Assembly: GCA_026023565.1 (NCBI GenBank)
Contig: JAPETS010000036.1
Location: 1 to 64,000, forward strand
Reading direction: 5' to 3'
Source of the DNA: Cirrosporium novae-zelandiae
Taxonomy: Eukaryota
DNA length: 64,000 nucleotides
Shown: piece after piece, positions 40,143-53,285 of the stretch
How the letters are laid out: the number at the start of each line of letters is the position of its first letter
How positions within the stretch are numbered: the first letter of the stretch is position 1
Notes under the pieces: model-generated
The model's input: only the letters and a program-made list of their open reading frames with translations
What the model was told of the DNA's origin: nothing
Databases searched by the model: none
Program-made: the position numbers and the translations under genes

Positions 40143-43110
40143 GGAGAGCAAGCGATGCGACCAAAGATTAGCATTACAATTTCATGCAAAGGGCAAGAGG
40201 CTAGGTAGATAGCAGTTCTACCTGTCTAAGGGTAAGGAAATTTGGGCTTGGAGGGTGTTTGTCGGAGTAAAGACGGAGAGGAAGGCAGGTTTCAAAGGGA
40301 GGCAGGCTTCAGGAAGGCGATCATGATGGATTTTTATGAAATAGGCTCACGAATGAATTCCAAACATGCATATATATTATGTTGTACGATTGAAAAGTGG
40401 TTTTGCCCTTGTGGATGGATAGATGGTGACAGCTGTAATGCACCCCTTATTGCTTTAATTGATGCATATGACAGATAAGTTGTGTAAGCTCCTTCTTTGA
40501 TCAATTCATCCATATCTCCTCTTAAAGCTTCCTTCACAATGTGATGGTGGTGATGATGATGATGATAAAGAAAACTTGGGCTAATTAAACAAAAAACAAA
40601 AAAATAATTTCCTATACTCTATATCCTATATCCCGTAACCCATCATCACCATAATAATTATTCCAAAAAAACAATCTTTTTTATAATTATCATTAAAAAT
40701 AGATTTGATTGATGATACAGTAGGTTGAATAAGTAATAAAAATTTATCTTGACTTTTTTTGTTGCGGTTAAGGTTGTTGGGTTGTTGGTTGGTTGTTTAA
40801 AGAACTCTCCCCCTTTTTGAAGGAAAAAACAATTAGAATAATTGTAATGTTGGAAGTTGTGGTTAAGGGGGGGGGATGTGGAAACTCTTAGAAGTAAGTA
40901 CCTAGGGGGAGTACATGTATATGTACTTATATACATGCATGTTATACACCTTATGTATTAGTATTTCCAATTTGACTTTTTTTAAAAATTCCTTATTTCT
41001 CTCAAACAAACAATACGCTAGCTTAATTTTATCTTTGATACTTTTTTTTTAACGCTTGGGTACTTAGGTGGATGGGTTTTATAGAAGTTCTCTCGAGAGA
41101 GAAAGAGTGGATGTGTGTGCATATATATATATGTATACTTAGGATATATACACACGAATGGTTCTATCTACCTATCCGGAATACCGTACGACGTAACATG
41201 TAGATGTATATATACATATATCCTAACTGTTCTTGTTTCTAACTAGTAAAACGTTTTTCTATCAATAATTCGGTAGGTACCTAGGCTAGGTATCTATCTA
41301 TAACAGTTCCCATGAATGGATCAACCAATGTATATGTACATGGGCTTATTTATCTATCTATCTTCCTCACCACCACTAACTACGCATCGAGTTGAGTTGA
41401 GTTGAATTGAATTGCTCGACTTTGTAAGGCTCTCCATCCATCTATCTACTTTCACCTTCACCTTTAACTTCATCTTCACCTTCACCGGTATCAACATCAA
41501 CCCATCAACCCATCAACCCGCTTACCTCCTCCCTCCCCCCTTTTACTCGAACTCCTGTTCGTTACCCATTACTATACAATATACACACCTACATATAACA
41601 TATACCTCTCGCCTCTCTCTCTCTCGATTAATTGTTACAATAGGATAAAAATAAAACCATCTTGGTTTGGTAGTTTTGGAAATTAGAATTCTTGATGTTG
41701 GATTGATGGAGAGGGGGGGGGGGGGTATAGGGAGAAACGATAAAGGGTAATGGATAAAGGATAAAAGTTTACTGATTAGCTGTTGCTGCTGCACCACTAG
41801 CGGGTAAAGTATATATCTTTTGATAGGGGATGGGGATATCTAAACGATAACCTTTATGGAAGAGTTTGTTTCGGAATTGTTGTATAAATAAATACTACTT
41901 AGGTTCCTTATTCTACTTAGGTTCCTTATTCTACTTACTTGGTAAATAAGGAAGAGAGAGAGGGGGCTAATAATGGCTTAATGGTTAATTCATTTATTTA
42001 GTAGTGATGTTGATTTTGGTTGTTACATTGTTGGGGGCTATCTATCAATCTGGGTCTATTTCTTTTCTTCTTCTTGTCTGAAATATACGTTGGTTTAGCT
42101 TTATCTTAGGTCGGACAGAGGGGATAAATAAATATCTAAATATCTAAATATCTAAATTTTGCACAAATTACATTACATTACTACCTTATCTTGACCCGTG
42201 CTCTGGTCTGGTGTGTCTAGGTAAGGTAAGATAGGTAGGTTTTGGGTTTTAAGTTTCAGGGAGTTTGGTTTTTTTTTTGTATTTTTTTAAAAAATGCTTG
42301 GATGTTAGGCGCTAGCCTAACTAGCTATGTGGAAAACTAATTGTTGAAGGGTGATATTTGGATTTTGGATTTTGATTTTGTGGGTGTGGGTTTGGTTTTG
42401 TTGTGTAGGGGAAGGGGGTGAGTGAGGGACTTTTTGTGGTCTATGAGTGTGTGTGTATGGTTCATGTGAATTTGAGGGGAAGGTTGGGGGAAAGGTTAGG
42501 AGATAAGATGGGGAGTAGTGGCGGCCTGGGGCAAGGGGGCTCATCCAACTCAGGGGGGGAAGCAAGGGAGGGAGGGGTCCGAGCCTCGAGGTGTGTTATT
42601 CTTTTGAGGGGATCATGGTTTAATCGCCCCCTTGTTTCTGTTTTCGACTCTTCCGTTTTGAAGTTCATGTAGATAATAATGTGTATCTGTATCTGTATGT
42701 ATCTTTTTTTTATATTTTTTCCTCTTCTAATTTATGTTTGTTATGGCGTAGCTAGGTTATATCTATCTATCCTAACACTGGGGAACCTGCTCAAGTAGTG
42801 GATATCCTACGTCCTTTTGGATCAGTTAGGTAAAAGTGTAGGCTTGCCTTCTAACAATGTTTATTTCGTATCTCGTTTTTATCATCATATTTGTTCATAT
42901 ATTTTCTTTGGTACAGTACAGGTAAAAGTACAGTTGTTATAGTCTATGGTAATTTCGCATCCCTTCTCTCCATATGTGCATATCAAACTCAGCTCCAACT
43001 CCAATGCTCAATGTAAGGTGCCCTGACCAGCACCAAAATGTCATGAACACGTTAGAGTAGTCTTCTTATAAATAGGTAAGTTGTAACTTGACTGATGCGG
43101 TGTCTCTGAA

Positions 43111-44729
43111 TTAGGGAACCGAACGGCTGAATAAGGGGATTGAATTTCCACGTCTCTCCATCGTCCCACACATGCGACCTCTTCCATAGCACGGTCGCCG
43201 CTCATGGTCAAGACTATAATCTCGGCCCTCGCTAATAACAGTAACTTGATGCTCACACCTATCCGGTCTCAGATGCCCTGGCTGTATGCTCCCGTCTTCG
43301 CACACCTCCCTCGTAACCTGCAGTTGCTGCCAAATTTGCAACGGCATTCCATTCTCAATGTCCTTGGTGATGTCCTCCTGGCTTTCCGTCGTATTGGCCC
43401 TCCTAACCGTCATCGATCTCCTCGTGCTCTGTAACCTTGATAGCCCATTCTCACCATCATGGCTACGGAAACTAGGTACGAAACGTGAGGGGTGTGAGAA
43501 AAACCCGGTGTCGAATTTAGAAGGGTGGTCCGAGGAGTTGCCGGCAGAGAAGGAGGAGAGATTAAAGAGATATCGGAGAAGCGTCCAGCAGTGAGGGAGA
43601 TTGGTGACCAGCATGGCGGTGCTGGATTCGCGGCAGTACCAATATATCCAGTTTGGGTCGTAGGGATGAGCAAAGGAGGAGTATTTATTTAGAGCGGCCG
43701 CGATTATGGCGAAGGCGCCGAGGCCGAAGAGACAGAAGAGAAGCGCTTTCCTGTGGTAGCGGGGGTTATTATGTCTCTCGATGATTGCGGTGGTGGAAGA
43801 GATGATGGGGTTAGGCACGAACCTTTTGAAAGGAAAATGTACTTTAAATATTAGTGGTAGGATGATACATAGTAATAAGGAATCCGACGAAATGTTAAAG
43901 GTAGCTTGTAGTATGTAATGGTGAGTCCATGTTGCACATTGTGCTAGAGGAGATCAGTCATGTGTACAGCAAATGAATCTCTGCTTTTGGTAAACACCTA
44001 CGATTCTTTGGAGGAACTGCCCAGTATTGTGAAAACGGTACGCACCAAACCCCAAAAAACATGATTTCAATGATCAACAAGGCAAGTCCAGTGTATACGG
44101 CGGCAATCGTAACTGCAAGATGCTGTTTCAAACCCATCCTTCAAAATAAAAACGTCAGTAAATCCATATATCATGTAATAATCCATTGTTTAACCAGTTC
44201 GTCAAAACCTGAGACAACCTACGTTATTTTCGAATACATTAAGAGAAGGCATGCCTTACAACCCCACACAGTGAGAAGGATACTCTGTTCATTGAGAATC
44301 TGGACTCGACTGCCATAGATACGTGCTCGAATATCCGCGGGTTTCAGCGAGGGTACTGCCTCTGCGGGTATAAGATTTGTATTCGCCGTGGAGATGATGT
44401 TGCAGGTAACAATGACGCTTGTATAAAATATCTAAACCAAGTAGGTAATAAGATACTATTTTTGGGTGACTGGGCATATTTCGAAGCCGTCAGATAATTA
44501 TAAAAACTCACGAATATAACTAGCATTAACCAGTCCTCCACATAAAAGTGTTTAGGAGAACCAAGGAGAATCCAACGGGAAGCGCTGGAGATTGTTAGCT
44601 CGGTTCTTTTCAACGCTCTTAACGGCACTCGGAGTATGAAAGCATATGACAGGAAACTAACAATCTAATAAAGACAATAAGGATCACAAAGCTATACCAG
44701 GTCCATGCCTCCACCTTGAACGGAGTCAT
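43111..44729 (-). CDS. Pth11-like fungal rhodopsin-domain 7-TM membrane protein (no CFEM domain seen)
   Basis: Spliced reading MTPFKVEAWTWYSF..., EDWLML, TVWGCKACLLLMYSKIT, WCVPFSQYW, FNISSDSLLL, WYCRESSTAMLVTNLP. Confidence 0.8.
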
Positions 44730-45694
44730 TGTGGATTGAACTCCTGAGGGTCACGAAGATGGCCTGAGGCCAAATGCGTTGGTATATTCAAAGTCGAGAA
44801 CTGAAAGGGCATGAGATAATAACATGAATGATTAGACAACCCAAGGTCTCATCGCACGTCAGATATATGAATGGAAATTGAATAAAGTTGGAATTAGTGA
44901 TGGGCAATTTCAAATAACACGGTCCAGATAAGTACGGGAAATCCATGGCTTTTGGGTTCCGTTATTAGACAGTAGATAATGCCTACCAGAGAAGCCGCAC
45001 ACAAACTGAATGATGGTAGAGCGGGGGTGTAGAGCTAGGAGAGCTCTGAACCAGAACTCTGCCATGCGTATACAAGCTAAGTGCAAGCTTCAGGCGCTCT
45101 TGGAGAAAAAGTCAAACACCAAACGTCAAGCGACAGGCACGAACCACCGGAATGGTGAGGTGTAGTATGGGAGTAGAGTACAACTTTGATGAGGTGAATT
45201 CTGGCTAACAATTCATAGGAAAGTTGTTTGTTTTCTCCTACTTTAAAGTACCGGCCACGGAACAGTAGTTGAAAAGTATAAAACATATAGACATGACTAG
45301 GAATTACAAGGTAGAACTCTGTTGAGATTTTGGTTTAAATGTTTTTCTGCATGTTGGGAATTGGCGTGTAAAGAATGATCTGGATTGCAAGGCAATGATA
45401 TGATTCGAGGACTTTTGATGGTAAACAGTATATAGTAGGTCTGGAACTTTTGAAGCCTGGATGATGCGGGTTCTGCCTTAGGTGTCACCCGTATTTTGTA
45501 ATTAATTAATTACTTTCTTCAGGTAACGGTACCCCGGTAACTACGGTACCGTACCAACTGATTCCACTGTTATTGCTGTGTGGCTGTGTATTGTATGCCT
45601 AGTTACTATATCTATAGCTAATCAATCCATTCCCCACCAGTCGATGTGAAAAAAAGACTTTTCTGCTAAGATATCAATCGAGTCTGTTAAGACA

Positions 45695-46999
45695 ATGGGT
45701 ACTCGCAGGCCTCATCATAAATCTAGGCTTGGCTGCTCTCAATGCAAGCAACGAAAGATCAAGGTACCTAGGTCCTTTGTACTGTATTTTTTGCATTCCT
45801 TGTCCATTTACCATACCGGAGTTACTTACTGACCAATATTCCCTCCTTTCCAGTGTGATGAAGAGAAACCAACATGCTCACACTGCAGGCGAAAGTCATT
45901 GCCTTGTAGCTTCCCAGCCAACATACCTTCATTGCCCTCCCGAAATGCAAATACTGTGACTCCAAGCAGATCACCGACCCAAACTCCTGTGTTTGGAAAC
46001 AAATCTACTACACCAGACCCTACTCCGTCGTTATGCTCCAGTCAAGCCTCTTCATCATACAACTTTACCGCCATAGACTTTGAGATTTATCACCACTACA
46101 TAGGCCATACGAGTTCGACGCTTGGTCCTGGATATCCACAGATATGGCGCGATATAATCCCACCTATTGCTTTCGACCATCCTTTCCTACTGCACGGTAT
46201 TCTTGCCATAACCGCCCTACACCTAATCTATCTTCATCCAGAGAAGGAGCATGATTATCTCATTCCTGCAATCAGCCATCAGGATATAGCTCTTCAAGGC
46301 TATCGCATTGCTCTCGCGGATGTCTCTCCCTACAATTGCCATGCGATATTCGCATTCTCTACACTTCTCATTCAACATGCGTTTTCTGCTCCAAGAGCAC
46401 CTGGAAACCTTATCTTCACAGGCAGCCATGAAAATGAAGTAGTCCCCTGCATGAAGTGGTTGCCATTGCTGAACGGCTCAAGGTCTGTTGTCGAGTGCAG
46501 CACCGAATGCCTCAGATCTGGGCCTCTAGCACCATTCCTACTCGCAGATAAATGGAAGATGTTTTATCAACCTATAACACATCTAGATCCCCGGGCACAA
46601 GAAGAAGACAGGCAGTTATCCAAGCTAGCACAAATGTGGCAGGCAGGAACGCCTTTGTATGGAACTGCAGAAGCTGACGTTTATGTCCAATGCTTAGATC
46701 AACTACGGTTAAGCTTTGCGCATGGGACCCGGGACGGCGGAAATACTGCTGAGTTTCTAATGGTTGGGTTTTCCTCATGGTGCATAAGAATTCCAGACGA
46801 ATATTTTAAGCTATTGGATCAGCAAAAGGAAGGGGCCCTAGTTATATTGGCACACTACTTTGTCTTGGCTGATAAGTTGAAGGGATATTGGTGGGTTGAT
46901 GGGATGGCCAAAGACCTAATTGGCAAGATACATGCTATGTTGAATGAAGAATGGTGGCACTGGATTGAATGGCCGATGAAGATGGTGAAGATTAATTAA
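45695..46999 (+). CDS. Zn2Cys6 transcription factor, Upc2/Ecm22-like family
   Basis: MGTRRPHHKSRLGCSQCKQRKIK|CDEEKPTCSHCRRKSLPCSF (intron 45764-45853); HPFLLHGILAITALH; ALVILAHY..WW..WIEWP. Confidence 0.9.
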
Positions 47000-47167
47000 G
47001 ATATGTCTAACGGTTTTCTCTCTGCTTTAAATAAGGGATGGCACCGCTGTTACCCGTGGGTCGAATCCATCCACCTATACGCACCGTTTTGACAACGCAT
47101 GAGTTGTGCCGCCGCAAAACAACAATAACCCATGCAACTAATTCTGGTTTACCTGCAATGCCAGCCA

Positions 47168-48025
47168 TTAGCTAAGCAATGGTCGTCTCTCTGCGCCTCT
47201 ATTCTCATCTTCAACGTCGCTCTTAACTTTGAAATACAGGACCCCTACAAATCCCCACACATAAGGAACCCCTACAAGGGCGAGGATCCACTCCAGGATG
47301 CCACTGATGATCATGTGGTCTGTCCAAACCATGATTACGAATACCATAACTAAAAAGATCTCCAGGAGTACAATAGAGAACCCAAATAACCATGTCTGCT
47401 TTAACTTCTTCTGGTATTTTGGCAACGTATCACCCATCAAATCCCGGTGCAATACTACGGTGCTCAAGACGGCAGAGGTGGAAATACCAAAAAAGCACGA
47501 CAGCAAAAGCGGTCCATGGGCATGATGCCAGTGATAGGTATCAAATATGCTGAGAAGGATAAGCGAGGTGCTGGCTATGATGGCCGCAAAGGTGGCGAAA
47601 AGAGAAACGTCCCTTCTCCATGGCGAAACGTGAGCGAAACTGTGGGGAAGTCGGGGATCCACAGTGCCTATATGGACAGAGACAAGAGTACAAGTATATG
47701 TTATGGCAGTTACGAAGGATCCGACAATGAACAGTGGCTTCAGCCTGAAGGCACCAATATCTGATATAAAGCTGCAGATAAATCAGTCATCAACACACGG
47801 GAACTAGTCAAGAATGAGAGAGAGAGAGAGGGGGGGGGGGGGGAGGGAGCATGGCTTGCTTGCTTGCTGTGGCACGCACGCGATATATGGGTTACTTTGC
47901 ATGGGAAAAGTCGGTCGTCCTTTGACCAGCCAGTATATCAGTAGTGGCAACAGAGTGAAGAGCCAGGCGAAACCGGAGATGACGGGGAAGAGATAATGAC
48001 GATGGCGGGGGAGTGTGTATCGCAT
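47168..48025 (-). CDS. Frag1/DRAM/Sfk1-family membrane protein
   Basis: FPVISGFAWL..GRP..PYIA|FISDIGAFRLKPLF (intron 47879-47772); LLSIFDT..H; ILEWILA. Confidence 0.85.
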
Positions 48026-49087
48026 GGAGATCGGTTTTCAAACAATATGAGAATAATGAATACAAAGTTGCACACAGTATATAGACCTATATAGAATATA
48101 TATAAATATGTTTTTTGTACCTGTGGAAAATTAAATATTGAGACTCGATAGATAGGCAACGGCGGGGGGGAAGGAGATTCCGAGAGAGAGAGAGAGAGAG
48201 CAAGTTAAAAGCGGTCTAATTAAATAATTCCAGATGACGTCTTTGCTTTTGTGGCCAAGCTTGAGCCTTGAGGGAGATACTGTGTACAACAACACACAAA
48301 CAATAATTACCTAGGCTAGGCTAGGTACAGTAGTTGGTCATTTATTTTATTCCTTGCCAACGATTTGGTTCTAATAACAATATAATAATAATAAAAAAGC
48401 CGACGAGGAGGTTTTTATATCTATCTACCTATTTATCTATTCTATTCTATTCTATCAATACTTTTCGAAAGTAATAGCCTCAAAACCAAAACCAAAACCA
48501 AATCAAACCAAACAGCTCATCACTAATAAATAATAGCCTTGCTTAGCTGGCTAAGTAAGTTATATCTTCTTCTTTCTCCCCCGACTCCTCTCTATTTGTT
48601 TTTGTTTTTGTTTTTGTTTTTGTTCTTGTACTTCTTTATATATATATATAGTATAAATGTGGATGGATATAGATGGATAGTGGCAAGGTGGATATGAGTG
48701 TACAAGAGGGGGGTAGGAAGGGAATCTAGATGACTGAGAGGTATATAAGTAAAGAATCAAAAAAAAGAGAGAATAGAAAGTAAATAAACCATATATATAT
48801 ATCATTTGAGATTTGTTATAATATAAACATATCTTAGGTTAGTGAGGTAGTTGGCGTTTAAATCGTTCATTGAAGACGTATGACATTTGTAAAACATGTT
48901 CCCCTCACCCCCCCTCATCCTCTTTCATGTTTCTTCGAACGGGAAAAAGGACTAATCCTCCTCATACAAGAACACCTCTCCCTCCCTTTTACTTCCCCTT
49001 AATTCGTTTAATTCATCATACAACCGACCCCACCTCCCAATCCAATCCAATCCAATCCAAAAAAACAAACATAATAGCATCAACCCC

Positions 49088-50464
49088 TTACAACTCGGCC
49101 TTATCCTCAATCATCTTGCTCAAAGGTCCCTTCTTGACCATCAAAGTCATAACCTCATAAAGCGCATCCGCCGCCGCCATGGTCGTATGCTCGGCATTAG
49201 TATCGTAAGCAGGTGCAACCTCCACGATATCCGCCGCGATCAGATTGATACCTTCCAACCCTCTGAGAATAGTCCTCAGCTCACGGGTGCTCCAGCCACC
49301 CGTCTCGGGCGTACCGGTGGCGGGTGCAAACGCCGGGTCTAGAGTATCGATATCGATGGAGAGGTAAACGGGCTTGGTGGTACCCACACGGTCCCTGATC
49401 TTCTGAATGATGCCATCCATACCGATGGTGTCAATTTCACGGGCCTCGACGATCTGGAAGCCGCAGTAGCCGTCGTTTTCGTAGTCTGAGGGGCCACTGA
49501 GGGTCGTACGGATGCCGGCGTGAATGTTGGTGTCGTTTGCTAGGAGACCTTCCTGCGCAGCGTGATAAAAGTATGTGCCGTGGTTGATGCTGGCTTGGGT
49601 TGAGGGGGCACCACCAAAGACCTTGGGGCGCCAGGTGTCGAGATGCGAGTCAAAGTGAATGACGGAGACGGGGCCGTAGGCGCGGTTGATACTGCGGAGG
49701 AGGGGCAGGGTGATGGTGTGGTCGCCACCGAGGGTGATGACGCGCGGGTAGGTCTTTCCATGGAGGCCGGGGCCGAGCTCCGCGGCGTCAGTGTAGGGTG
49801 ACCGCATCAGGATGCTGTTGTGGCCTTCTTCAATCTGCCGGATTGCATATGCGTTGTCGTAGCTGGTGACGGGGATGTCGCCGCAGTCGAGAACTTTGGC
49901 CCACGAGTTGAAGGGGTTCGCTTGAAGGGGCACGTTGTAGCCGCCACTGAATCCCAATTTCCGTGAGCCTTTGTCGTGTATAGTATAAGATGTGAGTAAT
50001 GCTGGTTACGTACTAAAGATTGAGACGGCGAGAACCTTGTCTAATTCCACTAGGGCCGAAGCGGGCACCGGGGCGGTAGGAGGTTCCGGTGTCAAAGGGT
50101 GCACCTTGGAGAAGATTGTTAATGAGAGGATACTACGCAGATGTGAAGAGGATAAGAATATGCGAACCTATGAAAGCAATGTCATATTTCTCGGCGTCAC
50201 CAGCGAGGCATGGGTAGTATGGGAGGCGTCCGAAGGTAGAGATTCCTGAGAAAACGGAATCGGCCTGGTAAATGGATCAATTGGAGTCTTCTTTTAAATA
50301 GGACTGATGAAAATAGATAAATATACCTGAGTACCTCCATCGCCAGGGAGGGTGTTGTACCAAAGGCCCTGGTGAGGACCAGCTATGGGTGATTGAGCAC
50401 CATGATCACCATGAGCAATTGCGCCGGCTGCAAAGGCAGCAACAGTGAGAAAGTTGGTCAACAT
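49088..50464 (-). CDS. Ureohydrolase (agmatinase/guanidinobutyrase family) with signal peptide
   Basis: MLTNFLTVAAFAAGAIAH signal; FSGISTFGRLP, GAPFDTGTSYRPGARFGP, GGDHT, HFDSHLD, SIDIDTLDPAFAPATGTPETGG; three introns. Confidence 0.92.
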
Positions 50465-50757
50465 CTGTGCAACCTGGAACGAGGAGGGAAATTGATTGGA
50501 AAGAAAAGCAAAGAAACGGCGAGCTGGCCATCTTTTCTACTCCAAGGAGGCGGGAGACGGTCAGGGAATTTTGATAGGGATTGACAGTAGGACCAGCTTA
50601 GATGATTGCAATTGGAATACTTTCGTAATGATATTGCAAGAATATCAAGTAATATCAAATTGAAGGCGGCCGAAGCTATAGAGTGCAGCTTCGGATGCAA
50701 GCTAAGGAGGATCCATAGCTCCAGACCTGTGGGAATGTCCCTTCCTGGCGGTTCTTG
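50458..50757 (-). promoter_or_regulatory. Candidate AUG-less upstream ORF with PPPW motif, overlapping the agmatinase start
   Basis: Open frame from 50757 to TGA at 50460-50458 with no ATG; CCG CCT CCT TGG at 50553-50542. Confidence 0.4.
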
Positions 50758-51564
50758 TTAGGTAAAGCCAAGGATAGTAGGTTGTAGTTCTTTGCTGGAG
50801 ATACATGAATGGATGAAAGCACATGCATGATGCTAGTGGTCGGCACAGCAGTTAGGATAACGGAGAAGTGAGCGGCAACGGGGTTGAGAGCAATTTGAGG
50901 AGGTTGACAATGCAATGTGCGATAAGCCTGACTAAGAGGTTGGAATTTGGGTGAAGGCAGTTGTACTTTGTCCTGTGATAGAGTAACACCGTCTTATCAT
51001 TCCCTGTGACATGACTAAATATATTTTTACGTACTGTGTATTCTCGTTGGTATTACCCAAAGTGTGACAACAATAAAGTTGAGGAGAAGCAATGGTGAAT
51101 TGTCCAAAGAGGGAAGCCGAGAAGCTATTGGAGCCTATGGAGAAAGAAAGATTAGAAGCTTACAAAGTCGAAGTGAATTAATTATTTGTGTTTGTGTAGA
51201 ACAGAAGTTGTCAGACATCTCTCCACCACCCATCATCATCACCACCACTGACTGTCCCTTGTAGCCCATCGCTCATCGGCCATCGGCCATCGGCCCCTCG
51301 TCTCCACTGTGCCGCTCCCACAAACAATCCAAACTCTATTTCGACACCAAAAAACCCAAATCCGACTTCGGCAAATCCGGCATATCCCCCATAGACTATC
51401 CATCCATCCCATCCCTAGGGCTCATTAATATTAGATAATTCTTTCTCTTCTACTCTACTTTTGTCATAATTCAAATTAATATCCATTATTGACTTGAATA
51501 TAAATCGATTGCTCATTTTATAAATTCTATCTTGTCAAATCCCTTCCCTATCCTAATCCACTCA

Positions 51565-53202
51565 CTACCTTTCGGCCCCGTCGTCTGCCCCTCCCTCTAT
51601 CACGCCATACCCATTTTCAACTCTCTCGTCATGGTCCATCCGTTCAAATGCTTTTTGAACCTGATAATTCCAATTACTCAACCCAACAATCAACCACTCC
51701 CCGAAACCCACCAGATACAGCGCAATGCACTGTCCAACCCATAATCCTTTCAACCCCCACCCGTGAAAAGCAAGATAGATACCAAGAGGTAATGCGAGAA
51801 AGTAATAACTGATGATGTTGACCGCCGCTCCAATATGTTGCCTACCCATCCCACGAAGGGCTCCTCCGCAGCTTCCATTCAGTCCGTCTGCGATTTGAAA
51901 GAGCGCAACGTAAGGGAGAACTTCGGCCGTCAGTTTCACCACATCAGGATCATTGTTGAAAATTTTCGCAAAATTCTCCTTAGTTCCCCACAAGATAGCC
52001 AGAACCACAGTTCCCATTACCATACTCAACCATGCTGCTGCGTTGGCCGATCGTGCTGCTCCGTGAGCATTCTTCGCCCCAAGAAGATTGCCAACTCGAG
52101 AACTGGTAGCAACCCCGAGACCAAAGGGAATGGTATTCATCACTTGGTCTGAAGTCATAATTACACTTTGCGCTGCGAGGGGAATTGTTCCAAGTCGGCC
52201 TGCAGCGAGAGCCACAATCTCAAAAGCCCACCATTCTGTTCCCACATGAACAACTCCAAGAATGGCTAATTTCGCAAACATTCCCATATTCTGTATACTC
52301 TTCTTTGTCCACCCTCCCCAGCATTCAAACCCTGCGACAAAGCGGGTATAGAGAACCAGTCCAAAGAAGGACAGCCAGTATGAGATTCCAGTGGCAATTG
52401 GTGCGCCCAAGAGCCCCATTTTGAACGTATAACAGAATAGATAATTCAGTACTGCATTGATGGGGGAAGTGATTAGAAGAACGTAAGTTCCCGGCCTCAT
52501 AATTTCTATATAACAGTCAGCCAAAACCGACATGGAAATATTGCATCAATTCAACATACCTTGAGCTTGCAAGTACTTCTTCATACACTCAAAGTAGATA
52601 TACCCCAAGCCTCCCGGAATCAGGCAGCTCAGGAACCTTGCACTATCTCTCGACAAATCTGGATCTTGTCCCAAGGCCCTGAATACCGGTTCGGAACAAA
52701 GCCAAAGGATGGCAACCGGAATATAGAAGAGTGTAAGGATAATAAAGGCTCTCTGAAGCAATATCCCGAGATCGTGGGGATTTTTGCTTCCTGTAAATGT
52801 CGAAGAGCCAACGGTGTCTAGGGCGGTTGTACCACCCAGGGCAATCAGCCAAGCTGAAGCCATGGCGAACATATACGAAAAAGCAGCAGTAGCCAAGTCC
52901 TCTGGAGCTGATCGGCCAACAATGACAACCGATATCGTCTGGAGCGAATTTTGGAGCATATAGGCAAGAAAGACTGGCACCGAACCCTTGGTTAAAATCC
53001 AAAGCTCCCTGAGGATTAACGCAGTCCTGGATACACCTCCATCTTCCAAATCATAAGTTTCACCTGCTTCATCGGAGGCGTCGTCGGGTTTCGGTAGGAG
53101 ACTGGTGCGCTCATCTGGCGGAGAATCTGCGCCTGAGCTTTTCTTGGACTTGCGAAGGAAATTCGAGAACCATGATCTGGCGGAAGCTGCGCCGTCCTCC
53201 AT
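51565..53202 (-). CDS. MATE-family (multidrug and toxic compound extrusion) transporter
   Basis: LGGTTALDT, MKKYLQAQ|EIMRP (intron 52559-52506), EWWAFEI, SSRVGNLLG, FQIADG..GGALRGMG. Confidence 0.93.
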
Positions 53203-53285
53203 TTTTTACTTGAAAATGATGTAATTAATCACAGATGGAATTCCTTGGATATAATGTTTCCATAAAAAGGAGGCGGCTGCAAGCT

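Noticed and set aside
47050..47075. GGGTCGAATCC resembling a tRNA T-loop
   Set aside because: It deviates from GGTTCGA and no cloverleaf stems can be formed.
53225..53263. MATE-leader uORF METLYPRNSICD shares ETLYPRN with the neighbouring MFS (MPETLYPRN)
   Set aside because: A single 7-aa match between six-frame translations and all proteins in 64 kb is plausible by chance; the codons differ and the match does not extend.
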